DNA from: Raillietiella orientalis | Taxonomy: Eukaryota | Reading direction: 5' to 3' | NCBI GenBank assembly: GCA_036172245.1 | Contig: JAYWIR010000003.1 | Location: 6,262,001 to 6,326,000 of the forward strand | DNA: 64,000 nt | Made by a program: the position numbers and the translations under genes | Notes under the pieces: model-generated | Databases searched by the model: none | Seen by the model: only the letters and a program-made list of their open reading frames with translations | What the model was told of the DNA's origin: nothing | Shown here: positions 61,801-64,000 of the stretch, one piece after another | How positions within the stretch are numbered: position 1 is the stretch's first letter | Layout of the letters: every line of letters begins with the position of its first letter

Positions 61801-64000
61801 AGCCGGGTCAGTTTCTCGTCTGTGAAGGCGAGATCCGCAAATGTAAAGCCCCCAAGACAGGCTGTCCTCCTTGAGTCACAGTATTTCATCTTTTGTGGAC
61901 GGCTCCTCTAGGGCCGCGCACAACTCCCCCGTGATCGTCGGTTTGCCTTCGAGCTCGCCCTCTGCAGGTGTCCGTCTGTACAAGGAGCTGTACACATCGG
62001 CTGGAGACGTGCACTTACGATCAGGAGTGTCCAGGGAACCTCACTGTCACCATCACACTTCTGCATCCTTCAAAATCCAAATGATTAAAAAAAAAAAAGG
62101 AAAAGGAAAACACCAAAACCCCAAGTGGAAATCAATAAGCATCATAGCTTTAGAGAAACCATCGGGTTCGATCAGTAAAAAGATCGTGCTAACGGTTTGA
62201 TTCCATGAAATGTGGCCACAATGTGATAATGCGCTCAGATTATTTCGATTCATAGAAAATATAGGAATCGAAAGCTTATCGCTCTCATTGCCATGAGGCT
62301 ATCTTCATCATCTTCCCTGCTTCATAATTCTCATTTAGCAAGTGCTTGGCACTCAATGTAATGCTTGGTATAACTCATTCTTCGTGTATCACGGCATCGG
62401 AATTGCCATATGAGGATCTCAACTGGAGATGCACCCTTTCATTTTCGTTGTAAAGGGCTGTCCATAAGTCGAACGTGCACAGTGTCGTCACTTCTTCTTG
62501 CGCCCTTCTTGTGCACTCGGATCTCAGAACCATCGTTCCACATTGCCGATTTCTTTTATGCTGCCGCAACTTTTGTGCGGATGCGATCTTCTTTGTATGA
62601 TGCTCCTGGTGGTGTACGGACAAAATCAAGCCGACTGGGCGCGAACCATCTGCAAACATTTCGCTAACGAAAGGGTTGCCATCCTTCAGCATTCGGCGAT
62701 ACGTCTTCCAGCGTTTGCTGACGTGTCAATAAGTCGTTGAAACACATACCGCGTCTCGAATGAAATCAGCTGATAGGGACATTCGAGCAAGCTCCAGAAT
62801 TTCTGCAAAGGGGATAGGCTTATCCTTTATAGGAAAAAGCGCGCGAGCACATGGCGGGAACTGTACCGTGCATGGGAAACGCATTTTTGCAAGAGAGGGA
62901 TTGAGAGGGGCCACACCGCTTGCTGTGGTCTAACTGGAGCTGCAATCCAACATGGAACAAGATCCGAGAATCGGAATTTCATTTGCCGCAGTGTGGGTAT
63001 TTTGCAGAGGTTCGCAGACAAAGTGGAAAGTGCCGTACTTTTTTATGACCGGGACAGTAAGTGATTTTGGAACAAGAGCTCTACAGATCGACGTGGCAGT
63101 GCTTACTGAATGGAGAAAGGTTCAACGAACAGAGAGGAAGATGTGGAAATAAAGCTCCTAACTGAAAAAAGGATTCGTGTAATTCAGTTATTGTTCGATT
63201 ATTCCGTTGGGTGAGGAAATTTCATCTCCTTTCCTAACTGAAAATGCAGAATTACTTGAAACAGCTGTCAGGATGAAACGAGCCTCCAGGAAACGGCATC
63301 ACAGTACATCACATGATTCAGTACGAGTCGCATTTCACGAACCGGAAAAGGGGAAGATGGACTGCAAACCCTTGGTGCCCGTACTCTCTGCGGTACGACA
63401 GGTCCCGAATTTCCCGATGCTTACATCTTTCCCTTGCAATATCCAAGTCACACGTTTATGTGCTAAGCATTGGAAATTCGGGTGAGGCCCCGCTGCCGAT
63501 CGGTTGCCCTTCGGCGCCCGGCGGTGATGCTTCGATCGGGCAGGAACAGGAAGCAGAGTACGCGCGACACGCACGAGACAGAGCAGCCCAGTCCGTGTTT
63601 GCTGCAGTGTTCCCCCCCCCCCTTTCCTTGCCCCGAGGATTTGCGACTCGCTCCCTCTTTGTGAGGTGGCGACTTGCACACGCACCCCACCTCCCAACCC
63701 GAAGCTCCCCATCTCACAATGAGGACGAAAGCTGCCATGACGACCGCGGTGTTTTTCCTTTGCAGCATCTCTGGTTCCTCAAAAAGTGACAGGTAAGAGA
63801 CTGGGAAAGAGAGCACGAAAACGATGCAGGAGTCCTTCCTCTCTTCCTCATTTCAAAGAGCTTGAAGCGTAGGGACAGACAGGGTCACGCGGCATGAGCT
63901 GGAAGGGACAGAAGGAGTGTTCTCCGAGAGGGATAAGTCCGACAATCTCTTTTCCCGAAACATCCCGACGGTCGGTTCATCTTTAACCGACTGGAGAGAT

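Overview
Eukaryotic, intron-rich genomic DNA, probably from an invertebrate (inferred from 45-50 nt introns, frequent TTTCAG/TTCCAG acceptors and a TPR-less Sgt1). Two spliced protein-coding genes can be built by hand on the + strand with GT-AG introns and consistent phases. The first is a 13-exon SLC23/nucleobase-ascorbate (NAT/NCS2) transporter (25921-41365, 589 aa). The second is a 6-exon SGT1/SUGT1 Hsp90 co-chaperone with only CS and SGS domains (45954-54734, about 221 aa). The first 25 kb holds about seven heavily decayed non-LTR retrotransposon remnants (RT and restriction-like endonuclease motifs, R2/NeSL/Utopia-like), all on the minus strand. Further remnants lie at about 30-32, 43-44.5 and 60-62 kb. 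Two copies of a tRNA-headed SINE-like element occur at about 44.5 and 57 kb. Other notable items are a donor-less duplicate of SLC23 exon 9 inside intron 3, a divergent NAT signature motif, a CLEAR-type E-box upstream of SLC23, a 187-bp RT fragment copied into an AT-rich island, and a CpG-depleted block in SGT1 intron 1. Most ORFs in the supplied track are spurious. I see no CRISPR array, rRNA or prokaryotic system, and nothing that I can firmly call a new biological system. All homology calls are from motif recognition, not database searches, and transposon boundaries are approximate.
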